From Heteronotia binoei (lineage: Eukaryota), in assembly GCF_032191835.1 (NCBI RefSeq), contig NC_083227.1:74586001-74650000 (forward strand): 64,000 nucleotides of DNA. The letters are read 5' to 3'. Of this stretch, positions 23,185 to 35,393 are shown piece by piece. The translations under genes were made by a program, and so were the position numbers. Every line of letters begins with the position of its first letter. The first letter of the stretch is position 1. The notes under the pieces were generated by a model, which saw nothing but the letters and a program-made list of their open reading frames with translations, had not been told where the DNA came from and searched no databases.

Positions 23185-25521
23185 CTTTCTTTTTTAAAAC
23201 GTTTTAAACTTTATTTGATGTTAAGCAATAACAATAGGCATCTTTATACACATAACTTCTGGTTTTTTCAAACAGTAACCTTACATATAGCCACTTCCTG
23301 TATCTAATATAGACATGTGGTCATTATGTAAATTCTCAAAAATAAATCAGGTTTTCATACATAGCATTTCTAGGGAGGATATTTTTCATTGACAGATATG
23401 TAACTATTGGATACCATTGGTCAATTTTAAATAAATAATAAAGGTTCTTTTTCCTCTGTTTCGTTCAGAATATTGTACAGAACAGTGATCAGTCGTGGTT
23501 GTTGTGCCGTCTTGTATTAATTGCTCAAAAGGAGTCAATACCTGTTTGAAAGCTTTATCAGTTTAAACAATGACTAAGCTGCAAATATGTATACCATTGA
23601 ACTGGGGCCTTAAGTTTACACTCTCTTTTTGCTTTGTCTAGAATTTTGTCCTTTTCCCATAGTTGAGCTAACCGATTTGTCATGGGTGCTGGGGACCCTG
23701 CAGAGGAAGACGAGTCTGCCGAGGAAACTGTACCCCTGCCACCTGCACCAGTACCCCTGCCTCCTGCTGAAGAAGATCCCAGCCCCCCTGCCTCGCCCTC
23801 TCGGGTGGCTCGTGTGCGTGACCGCCTCCGTCAGGACCTCAGGGATCGGAGGAGGACGGCACGCTCACAAGCAAGACGCTCCCTGAGTCGAGTTTTGAGA
23901 GGATTCTGGCCCTCCTAAGAGCAAGGATGCTTGAGTTGTAACAGGATCCTGGCTGCCTCCCAGAGCCAGCAATTAGCCCAAATGGGCAACAGCCAGCAGA
24001 GGGCTATATAGCTGTGGGCTTTGGGAGGAGGCTTTGTGGAAGCAACTAGTCATCTCCCTGACGTTCTAGCATCCACTCTGGCTTGACTTTGGTTCCTGAC
24101 TCCCTGACTTTGGCTTTTGACTTCTGGACTCCCTGACCTCGGCTTCTGGACCTTGGACCTGCGATACTTGCACAGCGATTTGGATTTGGCCCCTTGGACA
24201 CTCCTGCTTGCTGGCTACAGACCTCGGATTGCCTCTGGACTTTGCCTGACCCGGCCCCAGCCGTGATACGATTAATACCTGATTTCCACTTTTCAAATTC
24301 TCTTGAGTCTTGGCCTGGGGAGGGGAACCATTTCTGATTAATAAATGAGGCGTGGCTTGAGATATCTGGAGTTAATGTAGGCTTTTGTCAATGCCAAATT
24401 TTGAGCGCATGTTCTAACAGGTTAAAGTGCTTGTTTGGTACTTTTTTTGATTAGATCTGTATTCCACAACAGGTCATATAAATAGCTAGCTAGTAACAGG
24501 TCTAGTTCTATGTCAACCCATTCTGGAGGTTTGCAGCTGTTGCTGCTCTCTTCAGGTTTTCAAGGATCAGAGCTTCATAGTATGTTTTTAGGTTGGGCAG
24601 ATCTAGTCCACCTTTGTGTGATGTTCTCATGTCTTTGAGTTAACTCTTGCTTTTTTGAATTGCCAACAAAAAATTGTTCAATTTGCTTTGCCAAATTCTA
24701 AGGGTGCTATTTTTAATGTTTATTGGGAGGGCTTGAAATAAAAATAGGTATTTGGGGGGAATAAAGGCTTTTATGATTTGGATCTGTTCTAACCACGGGT
24801 TTGTTTTAGCGTTCCAATTATTGAGTCAGTTGTAAATTGATTTTTGGAGTTGAATATAATTAGCTTCCCATAAATCTGCATATTTGGGTGGTATAAAAGT
24901 TCCTAAATACCTCCATGGTTTTGTAGCCAAGCAATATGGGTATTTCGCTATAATGGATTCAATAAGCACATCCAAATTAATCGGATGCAATATTGATTTC
25001 TGTTTATTGAAAGACAGACCTGATATTTCGGTAAATTGCTGAAAGTGTTGTTGTAATGCTGGGAGCGATTCCAAAGGGTTGGTTAAAAATAAAACTATAT
25101 CATTTGCATACAATGCTATTTTATGTTTTGTTTTCCCTATCTGAATCCCCTGAATTTCATCCCACATTCTAACTAATTCAGCTAAAGGATCCAGGGCTGT
25201 GATAAATAAGAGCGGGGAAAGTGGGCACCCCTGCCTTGTACCCCTTTGTAATGGGAGCCAATTAGATGTTGAGCTATTGATTTTTAGTTTGGTTGCTGTG
25301 TTAGCATACAAAGCACTTATAGAGTTTAAAAAATTTTCTCCAAAGCCCATCAGTTTAAAAACTGTTTTCAAATAGGTGATATCTATGCTGTCAAAGGCCT
25401 TACGGACGTCTAATGATAATATTACAGCTTTTTGCTTTGTTGCTTTACAATGCAAGATTAAACTGACTAATTGACTGGTATTGTCTATTAGATTTCTATG
25501 TGGAAGAAATCTTGTTTGGTC
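23185..25521 (-). mobile_element. Older 5'-truncated L1 fragment (RT domain to 3' end), interrupted by a solo LTR
   Basis: Frame 24826-25521 gives DVRKAFD, GTRQGCPLSPLLF, YAND (decayed YADD), YLG; stops and decay downstream; 3' boundary approximate. Confidence 0.8.
23678..24268 (+). mobile_element. Solo LTR, Gypsy/chromovirus-type, 591 bp
   Basis: TGTCATG start, CCGTGATA end (decayed TGACA), 5-bp TSD cgatt on both sides, TATATA at 24005-24010, degenerate ctggactc/gacctcggct repeats in the 3' half; second copy at 63681. Confidence 0.85.
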
Positions 25522-25981
25522 CTCAATTCTGCTTCTGAAAGCTAACACAAATAAAGTTACTTTAACACAAAAATATAACTAGCATTATCAAAATATAGTT
25601 GTAGTAAATGAAACATCAACAGGAGAAAAACCAAATGCCTAATGACATTTTTTTTAAAAGTCCAAAGAGGCAATTTCCTTTTTCTTAAGTCAATTTCATA
25701 GAAAGTACAGGTTCAGTCTCCCGTGAAGCAAATAGAATGAAGGACTGCCTCTTAGACGTGCAGGAAATTTCTATTTTTACTGCTCTTATGCAGGGAGATT
25801 GGCCTGCCGCTCTTATGCAGGAAACATAAAAAATTCCTTTTTAAAACTTAAAAAAAATGTCATTAGGTGTTTGGATCTTCTGCTGATGTTTCATTTGCTA
25901 CAAATGTATTTTGATAAGGTCAGTTATATTTTTGTGTTAAAAGTAATTTTATTTGTGTTAGCTTTCAGAAGAACAATTGAG
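25522..25981. mobile_element. Second long-inverted-repeat (foldback/MITE) element
   Basis: About 150-bp arms: ctcaatt...ctgaaagctaacacaaataaa...cctaatgacattttttt mirrored at about 25830-25981; family not recognised. Confidence 0.75.
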
Positions 25982-26040
25982 ACTAATTTATACACAGAAG
26001 TGTTGCTTTGTATCTCTGCCACCCTTATCTATGTTTCACT

Positions 26041-26535
26041 TTGGTTGCTTAATCCCCAGGTGGGGGCAGGGGATCTTGGAGGCCCCCCTGGGGGATCCCC
26101 TGGTTTGGAAGGTCATCAGAAAGCAGGGGGAGGGGGAGGGAAATGTCTGCTGGGCACTCCATTATTCCCTATGGAGACCAATTCCCATAGGGTATAATGG
26201 AGAATTGATTTGTGGGTATCTGAGGCTCGAGGGGGGTGGTTTTTGAGATAGAGGCACCAAATTTTCAGCATAGCATTTTCACCTCCCCCTAAAATACCCT
26301 CCAAGTTTCAAAAGGATTGGACCAGGGGATCCAGTTATATGAGCCCCAAACGAAGGTACCCCTATCCTTCATTATTTCCAATGTAGGGAAGGCATTCAAA
26401 AAGTGTGTGGTCCCTTTAAATGTGATAGCCAGAATTCCCAAATCCAATTCAAGATATATCTGGGGACTTTGGAGGTGGAGCCAGGAGACATTGGGGGTGG
26501 AGCCAAGAGCAAGGGTGTGACAAGCATGATTGAAT
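26041..26535. mobile_element. TAGGGTTGCC-family hAT MITE, internally rearranged copy
   Basis: Shares blocks with the intact copy at 41427-41940 but in mixed orientation. Confidence 0.7.
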
Positions 26536-26589
26536 GGAAGCACTGAGCTTCACTGCCATGTCCCATGGAAGGGTAGCTTCCAGGTATAG

Positions 26590-29440
26590 ATCTCTGGACC
26601 CTGGACCCCCTTTTTTAAATATAACATCATAACTGTATTGTCTCCCTGGACAAGAATGTATAGGCTCTGAAGGATATCTGAGAAACCACTAAGGACATAA
26701 CTGTTCGCAATTCTACAATGTTAATCTGCAGCAGCTTCTCATCTTCTAACCAAGAACCTCTAGCTGTTAATGCCTCACAGCAGGCACCCCAGCCCAAGAA
26801 CAAAGCATCCATAGTAAGGTATACCTCATATTTAGAAATTCCAAAGGAAATCCCCCAGGATAAATTATCCATAGAGGCCACCACATTAAAGAACGTATGA
26901 CAGAATCTGTGCTGTAAGGCATGAATCCCAGCTCTATAATAAGGTAGAAACCAGAGCTGTGGGGGCCATATATGTAACCTAGCCATAAACAGGAGTGCAG
27001 TGCATGTACTCTGTATTGCAGTACTCTGGCATGGGAGGTAGTAATTAAATTAAATTAAATTAAATTTTTAATTTAATTAATTTAATTAAATTTTCCTCCA
27101 GAAAAAAATCCTGGCTATGCCCCTGCTGCAGTGGTAAAAACCATGTATCCCAAAAGGCGAAGAATTGTCCAAGCTGACTGGTACCAGTGAAACTGCCTCA
27201 CCAAAGACAACCTGTGCCCTTTGAGGAGGTAGAAAACCCTTTCCCACTAGGGAAGCTAACATAGCTCTGATAAATTGTACCTTATGAGCTGGAACTAACT
27301 GTGATTTATCCCAAGTTATCAGGAGTCCTAGTCTTTGACAGGTTGCCAGGACAAGAGTGCAATAACTCAACAATCGGTCATTGGAATCTGCCACCAGTAA
27401 CCAGTCATTTGAGTAAAGAAATATATGGCAACTCCACAAAGAGAAGTAAACAATAACTGGGGCTAAACACTCAGAGAATACCCTGTGTGGAGTGTCTAGA
27501 CCACAGGGTAGGACAGTGTGCTGAAAAAGTCATTCCACCCAGGAAAATGTAAAGAACTTGCAATGTTGAGGGTGGACAGAAACATGAAAATAGGCATCTT
27601 TCAAACCAATAACAATGAACCAACAAGTCAATTTTAATCATTGTAAAATCAAAATAATGGACACTGTATGGAACTCTGAAACAGGAAGAAAATATTTAAT
27701 TTCCTGAGATCTAAAAAATCTAATTCCGCCATCTTATCTACTAAGAACATGCGAGAAGAAACTCCCAATGCCTGAGACACAGTAACCTCCTCTATGGTGC
27801 CCTTGTTAATTAGAGAGGCCAAAGCCTGAGCAAGACTCAAAGCTATTTGGTTGGATTGCCTGAAAGGTAAAGAGCAAGGGGGGGATAGATTTAAGTTCTA
27901 ATTTGTAACCAAATCTAATATTGCATCCAATAGTCCCTCTAAGCTGTGGAGTCTTGTGAACAAAAATTGTATTTCATGAACTACTGGCATGAAAGTTGTG
28001 AGCTACTGCATAAATTAGTTTGCTCTGGGGCCATTTTTCCTGCACTAAGACAAAAATGTGTGAGACGGAGGCTAAAAAACTGAGCTAGCCCGCACTAATT
28101 CAGCTTAGAGGGAACACTGACTGAATCTCCTCCATAACCAAGGAGGATAAGTTGTGAAATAACTAAATGGCTCCTTGATTTTATAGAAATGGTCTACCCT
28201 TCTGGAGGCAGGCTGGAGAGATGCAGGTTCCTGCCACCGTTCCTGCATGAGGTCCTCAAGGCCTTCCAACGCTGGGAAGCAATAATCCTGGGAGACTCTG
28301 AATAGAGGCAACTCAGAATCTTATCTTTGGGTTTGTGCTTCGAGGTAATGACTTCTATCTCTAGAGACTGGGCCATGTGAATAAACTGTTCTCCAAACAT
28401 TTGACTATCCTCTGTGGGAAATGCTGGAGATTGCTTGCCTATCCTCTAATCTGGACTCAGATCCAATGTTGCATCAGATCCATCGGATTTGATTGTTGGC
28501 TCTTCTCCTCTCACTGCAGGAATAGAAGCACATGGGCTGCGTGACATGGATGCTGAAGGTATACACAAAGACACAAAATGAGGATAATGATATAAACTCA
28601 CATCCCTGGAGCCCGTGAAGTTGTTGCCCATTCCTACAAATATCCCAGAGACATCATGTAAGTATCAAAGGCCATCGCATAGGCGATTGGGGCTGAGACC
28701 ACAGAACTGTGGCTATTTGTTCCAGATCGTACTTGCACCAAACATGGCTATATGATAAGCCAATATCTCCATCCCCATCAGAGATAGAAATGGGTACAGG
28801 TCTCAGACCTCAGGGGTCCTGGGTTTCTCTTGCAGAGCCCAAGATCAGATTCTCTGCAACACAAATCTCGAAGGCAGCGCCAATTGTGTCACTTTTGAAG
28901 ACGGAGAACTGGGAGCTTTCTCCGGGATCTTGGATGAGGGCTCCAAGGCTTTAAGGGCTTTCTCCCACAACCCTGCCTTAAATTTTGATTCCCTATCCTT
29001 CCAGTCTTTACGGGTGAAACATTTGCAGGCCTTACATGTGGAGACACTATGACCTTTACCCAAACAGAACAGACCAAGTTTGTGTTCATCGTTTTGCTTC
29101 ATTTTTGCTCCACATCAGGTGCACATCTTGAAAAGGGCCTTCTGAGCCATGGAAGGGACTCGGAAGCCAACATAGCTTCAACAACTCTGAACAAGACATC
29201 CTCTCAACTGTAGCTACAGAAACATGACTTTCTCCTTCAGCAGCAAAAGAGGGACTAAGGGTAGGTGGCCCTGGACTGTGCAGGAGTGTGCATTCCCTGC
29301 GTAGGAACAAACTTCTGGCTCCGGCATGCAGTGTCCCCTGGAGGCTTCTAGCTGTAAAGACCTATCCGATGGTAGACCTGTTAATGCTCAGTATCCATGT
29401 GGGATTGCACAAAAGATCAAAGATGAACCCTAACTTTACA
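26590..29440 (-). mobile_element. Degenerate DIRS1-like (tyrosine-recombinase class) retrotransposon: gag, RT, RNase H; YR part absent
   Basis: Fragments: gag zinc finger (DEHKLGLFCLGKGH...C), LAP2alpha-like (ERWQEPAS...RRVDHFY), RT (LINKGTIEEV...SRMFLV...LDLRKLN; YSNDWLL; DKSQLVP), RNase H (TMDALFLGWGA...INIVELRTV). Many stops and frameshifts; ends approximate. Confidence 0.8.
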
Positions 29441-29637
29441 TACGCACTGGCTGGGAAAGATACACACACACAAATTACAGTGATCAAAGGGTTGGACCAC
29501 TTCATTATAAGAAAAGGTGTTTAGGACATTGTTTTTAAAAAGGTGGGCAGAACTGAAAACTCAAGGTTACCCTACTAAATTGATTGTTAATAGATTCAAG
29601 ACATAAGTATTTCTTTTCAAACTTCATAATTCTTGAA

Positions 29638-29790
29638 CTCATAAGAACACAAGAGAAGCCATGTTGGATCAGGCCAATGGCCCATCCAGTCCAACACTCT
29701 GTGTCACACAGTGGCCAAAAAAACAGGTGCCATCAGGAGGTCCACCATTGGGGCCAGGACACTAGAAATCCTCCCACTGTTGCCCCCCCC
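29638..29790 (-). mobile_element. CR1 LINE 3' end fragment
   Basis: cataagaac...gaagccatgttggatcaggccaatggcccatccagtccaacactctgtgtcacacagtgg is the reverse complement of the CR1 3' end at about 39100-39176. Confidence 0.8.
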
Positions 29791-30201
29791 AACTCATTAA
29801 ACAAGGTATCGAGATGTCCATCTAAAGCCAGGATTAAACAAGTGCCCAAAGGAAAGGGAGAATCAGCTATAACTTATGATAACTAAGTGGAAATTCTTTA
29901 CATAGAGGCCAGGAACAGAGTCTGGGACCTTCTGCATACAAACCACATACAAGACAGGCTATTGTTCTGTGGAGATCCTAGGGCATTAATAGGCAACTTG
30001 TAAACTGTGATCATGACACACCTGACTGATCATCTAGGAAAGCCCCTCTTCCTAAATCACATAGTCACCACATATTACCACAGTGATTTCTTACGATGTC
30101 TTTTGTTTGGCAGGACAATGGCTTATTGCAGAGGACCCACTAGGGTCATCAACAGTTCATAAAATGTTAGTGCTGTGCAACAGTTTCTCCTCAGAACAGC
30201 G

Positions 30202-30457
30202 TCAAATATAATAATAGTTCTTTTGGGAATCTGGATTACCATAGGTCACAAACTTCTGCTCACTGACTGGCCAGTTGCGGTGAGGATGATAAATGGCAGG
30301 ATAGACAGGGCATGTACGAGTAACATGGCTGAACAGAGCTTCTCCATCATGTTCCATCTGGGGTAGGTAAAGCCGCAGTTTGTCTAGAAGATGTCCTGGC
30401 CAGAAGCTGTTGGCATCAGTCTTGGGATTGAGGAAGCCGAACATTTTTCGCATCTCC
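30202..30457 (-). CDS. EFCAB12: EFCAB12 terminal coding exon
   Basis: NSFWPGHLLDKLRLYLP...VYPAIYHP...YYI* matches the recalled human EFCAB12 C-terminus (NSFWPGHLLDKLQLYLP...VYPATYHP); acceptor ttatAG, phase 2. Confidence 0.9.
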
Positions 30458-32619
30458 CTATAAACACAATTCGGGAAAATAAATCTGTGTGCGTGTGAAG
30501 AGGAACAGCAACAATAGAAATGAATAGTCATAAAATGAGGGTTTGCAAGAATTCTAGTATGATTGTAATTATTATTTAAAACATTTATATGCCACTCTTG
30601 TGGCATCTTACAAATACAAATAAAAAGCTATATCAAACTATAATGAAAATTTAAATGGATATCAGCATTCAGCATAAAAACTGCAACAGTAAGCATAGAA
30701 GGAAAATGAAAAGAAACAGAAACATCTGAATAGGATTACCATAGTGTCAAGTAAGAAATATAAAATTACACCTTTAAGTTTTTAAAAAGAAATCTGAGAG
30801 AATATGTCATCCTCTATAGATATCAGCGTAGCCATAGACAAGGAAATTAATTCAGCTGATCAGAAGGAGCATTTCCACTGCCGCAACAGATTTAGTGCAA
30901 GCAGAAATCCTGCATTCGTTTCCATCCATTGTCTTGTATGATGGATAGCTGGACTGACTCTATCCTAGGGGCATGCTAGCAGAAATACCTAAGTGCAGTT
31001 AAATATACCGCTCTGATGACATCAGTTAGTATGTGATTAAAAATACTTTTGCTCTTATACAGTAGCAGCATTAGCATTATTTTTCATTGCAGTAAAACAT
31101 CCTCAGTGACATGTGCAGCATCAAGATCTTAATGTGCAGGTATTACCATTTAACAAGTTTGCAGTTGAGGGTAGATCTCTCATTGTTCAACTGGGGAAGC
31201 AAAATTATGTCAAAGATCTTTCAGGCACAATGGCATAGAAAGGTTTTAATACTGTACTAGAAAAACATAGCGCACTGTACCTTTCAATGAATCGGTTTTC
31301 AAACTGTACTTGTGACTCAGATATACTTTCAACGGACTTTTCATCCCAAAGATTTTGTGCAGCAAGCTGCAGCCTTTTTGAGTGTCGTCTGTAAACAGAA
31401 ATATTACAAAAGTGAAATCAGAGGAAGCTGGGGGCCTAGCCAACTGTCCAAGCAGCATGTGGTCTTAGACCCAAATTCTGGACAGTTCATACCAGAAACA
31501 AATTTAACCTCTTGCAGCTAGCACTCTCTATCTTCTACTCATAACATAGACACTTACATCTACAAACACAAACATGCATGATCTTCATACCAACTGAACT
31601 AAATCAACAGGTAATAATACTCACCTGGAGAGAGAGTTTGTGTGACGTAAGGACAACTGGATTGCATAAAGAGCAGCAGCAAAAAAGGGAGTTACAGCAA
31701 TCCCACTTTTCCAGGAATTCCAAACTGCCACTGGGCAGCTCCAAATCATATTGAGATTTAGCTTTAAAACTTATGAGCCTGCCTCATGTGAATTATAGGT
31801 TCCTCTGCCTCAGGGCTAGGCAACTTTCAGCATGTCTGCCAACAGCTGCATACCAGGCTATCTTTCTTGGCACCAAGGGTCGGATCTGCAAAAGCACTCG
31901 AGATGCTGGCAGCACTCCTGCAACTAACAGCACAGGAGAAGGCAGCAGATAGGCCTTATGTCTGGAACTACCTCCGAGACCTGTAGAGCCAATCAGCCAA
32001 ATCCCTCAGATACTAACAGAACCACTAAGGCTTAGGTTAATGCAGGTGTGCCTGGCCAAGTAATAACCCTCCTTTTCCCCCTCCCCCATTGTGTTTGTCA
32101 GCATAACATCACGTTCACAGGTATATGTTGCACTGGGGGGAAGCACATCTGGACCAAAAAGGTAGCCTACCCCTGCTCTAACTTTCTTACAGTCGATTTT
32201 GAATAGCTGGGGCTCTAAAAGGCCTCTGACAGAGGCAATTTTCAGTGCTGTGACTCAGGACCCTTTAAACTAAGCCCAAAGATCTGCTTGCTAAAGCTAG
32301 AGGACTCTTACTTGCCATTGTGGGGTGGTAGTGAATGTATGTGCATGGCTAATCTTCCCTGGTGCCTCCTAAAAAGTCACTCTGGAACAGCAGGCAAAGA
32401 AAGCAGAAGTCTGTGGCTGGGATGAGAGGAACTACGGACAGGAAAACTTATTGGTGCTGTAAATCTTTGCCCATTGATTCCATTGTGATATTTTAGAGGC
32501 CCTGAAGCAAACAAGCCATGGGGAAATTAATATACTAAAGAAAGCAGTCCTAAGCACATATACTCAGAAATAAGCTCTATTTTATTCAGTGGAATTTACT
32601 CCCAGGAGTGCCGCCTTAG

Positions 32620-32945
32620 CTTTATTTATGCCAAAATGCCAGAAACTGCACATTTTCCACCCCTGCCAGGCGATATCTTGCTCAATTCCGCAGGGCCTGT
32701 AAGACAGCCCTCTTCCGGCTGGCTTACAACTAACCAGCACTGAAATTTGAAATCGAGTGTAGTTTTATAAGATTGCTGTATGTTTTAATATTTTAATTAT
32801 GTAAATTGTGTGAACTGTTTAAATTTTAATCATGTAAACTGTATGAAATGTTTAAACTTTTATATTCTTATGTTAGATTTTATATGCTGTAAGCCGCCCT
32901 GAGCCACCTGGTGGAAGGGCGGGATACAAATTACAAATAAATAAA
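32620..32945 (+). mobile_element. L2-type LINE 3' end
   Basis: gtaagccgccctgagcc...gggcgggatacaaat plus (A/T)AAAT tail; the same tail recurs at about 46120-46180. Confidence 0.65.
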
Positions 32946-33165
32946 ATATACACATTATGTGTATACCTTTATTAGCCTTCCAGTGTTGCATGCATTTTCA
33001 AATGCAAATGTGTGCATCTGTGTCTCCAGCTCTTGCTGACCAATTAGGGCAATCTTAATAGAGCCAATAAGTCAGCGATGTTAAAATAACTGAGTGACAG
33101 TTCTACCTCCAGATCTTGGAAGATCTGAGTGAATCATTCATTTTCCTATCAAATTTAACACATAC

Positions 33166-33258
33166 CTCATTAGGTTCCTAAACTCCGAGTAGGACCTCCA
33201 GCGGCCCCATATGGGCTTTTCCTCCCGCTCTCGCTTTTTAGGCTCTGGCTCTTGCTCT
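33166..33258 (-). CDS. EFCAB12: EFCAB12 coding exon (EQEPEPKKREREEKPIWGRWRSYSEFRNLMR)
   Basis: Strong acceptor ttcttccccAG, donor AG|GTATGT; 93 bp, phase 2-2 links the flanking exons; not in the ORF track because it is short. Confidence 0.75.
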
Positions 33259-33869
33259 CTGGGGAAGAAGAAAAAATAACTAGTCATTTACCCAAATCAA
33301 CCATGGTGAAGCCACTTACAATGACAGAACCTCAGGTTGAGTCTGTAATACTTACAGTGCAACAATGCAGCTCAAACAAGAAAAATAAAAAAAGCTGAGG
33401 AAATGATCAGATGCAAGGCAACTGTTGGTATTAGGACAATGCAACAGCCAGCAAGAGCATTTGACCATAAGAACACACTAATGCAGCAGCAATGTAACAT
33501 AGTAAGAAATTACCAAAGTCCCTTTTGCACAGCATTCTGTTTCTAAGGGCCAAATTACATGTTATGTTGACAGCAACCACAATATTTTATTTATTTATTT
33601 TGTTAGATTTTTGACCACCCTCCCCCTGCCAAGGCAGGTCTCAGGGCAGTGTATGTTATAGTAAATTCATGACAAAGATGGTTTAAAACAATAAAAACAC
33701 ACTAGGGAATTACTGTCAGATGTTGGTTGTGAGTTCCTCATTGAATGCAGTTCTCAAGTGTGTGGGGCTCTGATGGGGAGTGCAGCATGCAAAGAGAATA
33801 GGCCACTCCTGAGCGGTTTTCTCAACCCCAGATGGATCCAGGGAGAACCATTTGCTCCACTGGAATGCT

Positions 33870-34180
33870 GAGAGCCAGTATGATATACAGGTTAAAAGTA
33901 GAGGACTCTAGCCTGGAGAACAGGGTTTAATTCCCCACTCTTCCACATGTAGCCTGCTAGGTGACCTTGGGTCAGCCACAGTTCTCTCAGAACTCTCTCA
34001 GCCCCAACTACCTCAGAAGGTGAATGTTGTGGGAAGAGGAAGAAGAAGAGGAGGAGGAGGAAGAAGAATTTGATTATATTGGGTTTAAACTTATATTTAT
34101 AAGGGAAAAGCAATTGTAAGCTGCTTTGAGACTCTGTAAGGTAAAGAAAACTGGGGTATAAAAACCAGCTCTTCTTCTTC
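33870..34180 (+). mobile_element. tRNA-derived SINE with L2-type tail (Squam3-like)
   Basis: gagagccagt head, gtttaattccccact B-box region, tgtaagctgctttgagactc...(TTC)n tail. Confidence 0.75.
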
Positions 34181-35230
34181 TGCATATGTAGCCCATCAGT
34201 GCATGTTCAACCACTAAGAAGGCAATATCACTTTCCTCATAGAACCACCCCCTCCAAACAATGTGCTACTTAATTATTGTGACTGACAGACATATTGTCC
34301 ACAAAACGTCTTTTCTAAAGGTTCAGACCTCAACTTCTCCGCAGCCAATAGATATGAACTCATAACTTTATGGTTAAAAAACAACCACCTTTTTATTAAG
34401 CCAGTGGGGTACAGGTTGTTTCTGTCTCAGCTGTATGGAGCATAAAGTGCCCAACAACAACCCCGAAGTAGGCCTCTAACTTGACTAATTCCCAAGCAAC
34501 TGTGGTAACTGAATAGGGCAGGTTGTCCTACAACACAACAGATGACATGGCATCCTGCAAAGGCACTTGACCTGAATATGTTGTGCAGGCCAGATGAGGG
34601 ATTTAAAAAACTGTTTTAATGACAAGAACTTGGATGGAAGGAGTATTAACTGCTCCAAGGATAGGGTGCTGGAAAGGAGGTGGGGTGAAATGTATAGTAA
34701 CATTAAGGAGGGGCAGCCACAGGTATCACTTTTTTATTGAGGGACTGCTGAGCACATATACTTTGTGCTCTTTTCCCACACAAAACTGGCAACATTGCCA
34801 TATCTCTATTTTGAAAGTAGGTTTTTGTGCCAGATACCTACCACAACAAAGGGGGCACAAGAGTAAGCTATGAAGAAAAAAATACCAGTTAAGACAGAGT
34901 GAGCATTATAATCAACAAATCAGAAAGTGATAAGGGTAAGACAAAAGACTGAAGGCTAGATTTTTCTGAGATAAAGTTCGTCACAATGGCCAAAAAAGAA
35001 TCGAGTGGGATGGTGCCAGCCCTGCCTTTTCTGGTGTTTTCAGCATCTCTGCTCTCCTGAGAGGAAAAGACTTTCCTGCCAAGTTTAACATTTCTGTTCT
35101 AGAAGCTTCCCAATGATGCTCTGTGGAAAATCCATGAATAACAAAGACAAGCTTTTGGTCATAATAACGATATTCCAGCCAGGGAATTCCAAAGGATTCT
35201 TGTGCTGTTGGAAATACAGGAAGAACAAAC

Positions 35231-35393
35231 CTTTCTTTTTCCCTGGAAGGGCTTTTTGGCTGTTCTTCCAGTTCACTCACTGACTCACTCACTGATCTTC
35301 GTCGGTCCCAAGCTTCATAATATCCTCCTGGCTGTCTTATCTTTTGCCTGGTACCCCCATAACTTAATAGTTTATCCCCTGGGTAAAGAAGAG
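35231..35393 (-). CDS. EFCAB12: EFCAB12 coding exon (ALLYPGDK...IRQPGGYY...)
   Basis: LLYPGDK and IRQPGGYY conserved with human; 163 bp, phase 1-2; donor AG|GTTTGT. Confidence 0.88.

Noticed and set aside
27045-27093. (AATT/AAATT)n self-complementary tract inside the DIRS relic
   Set aside because: Simple AT microsatellite; no further structure.
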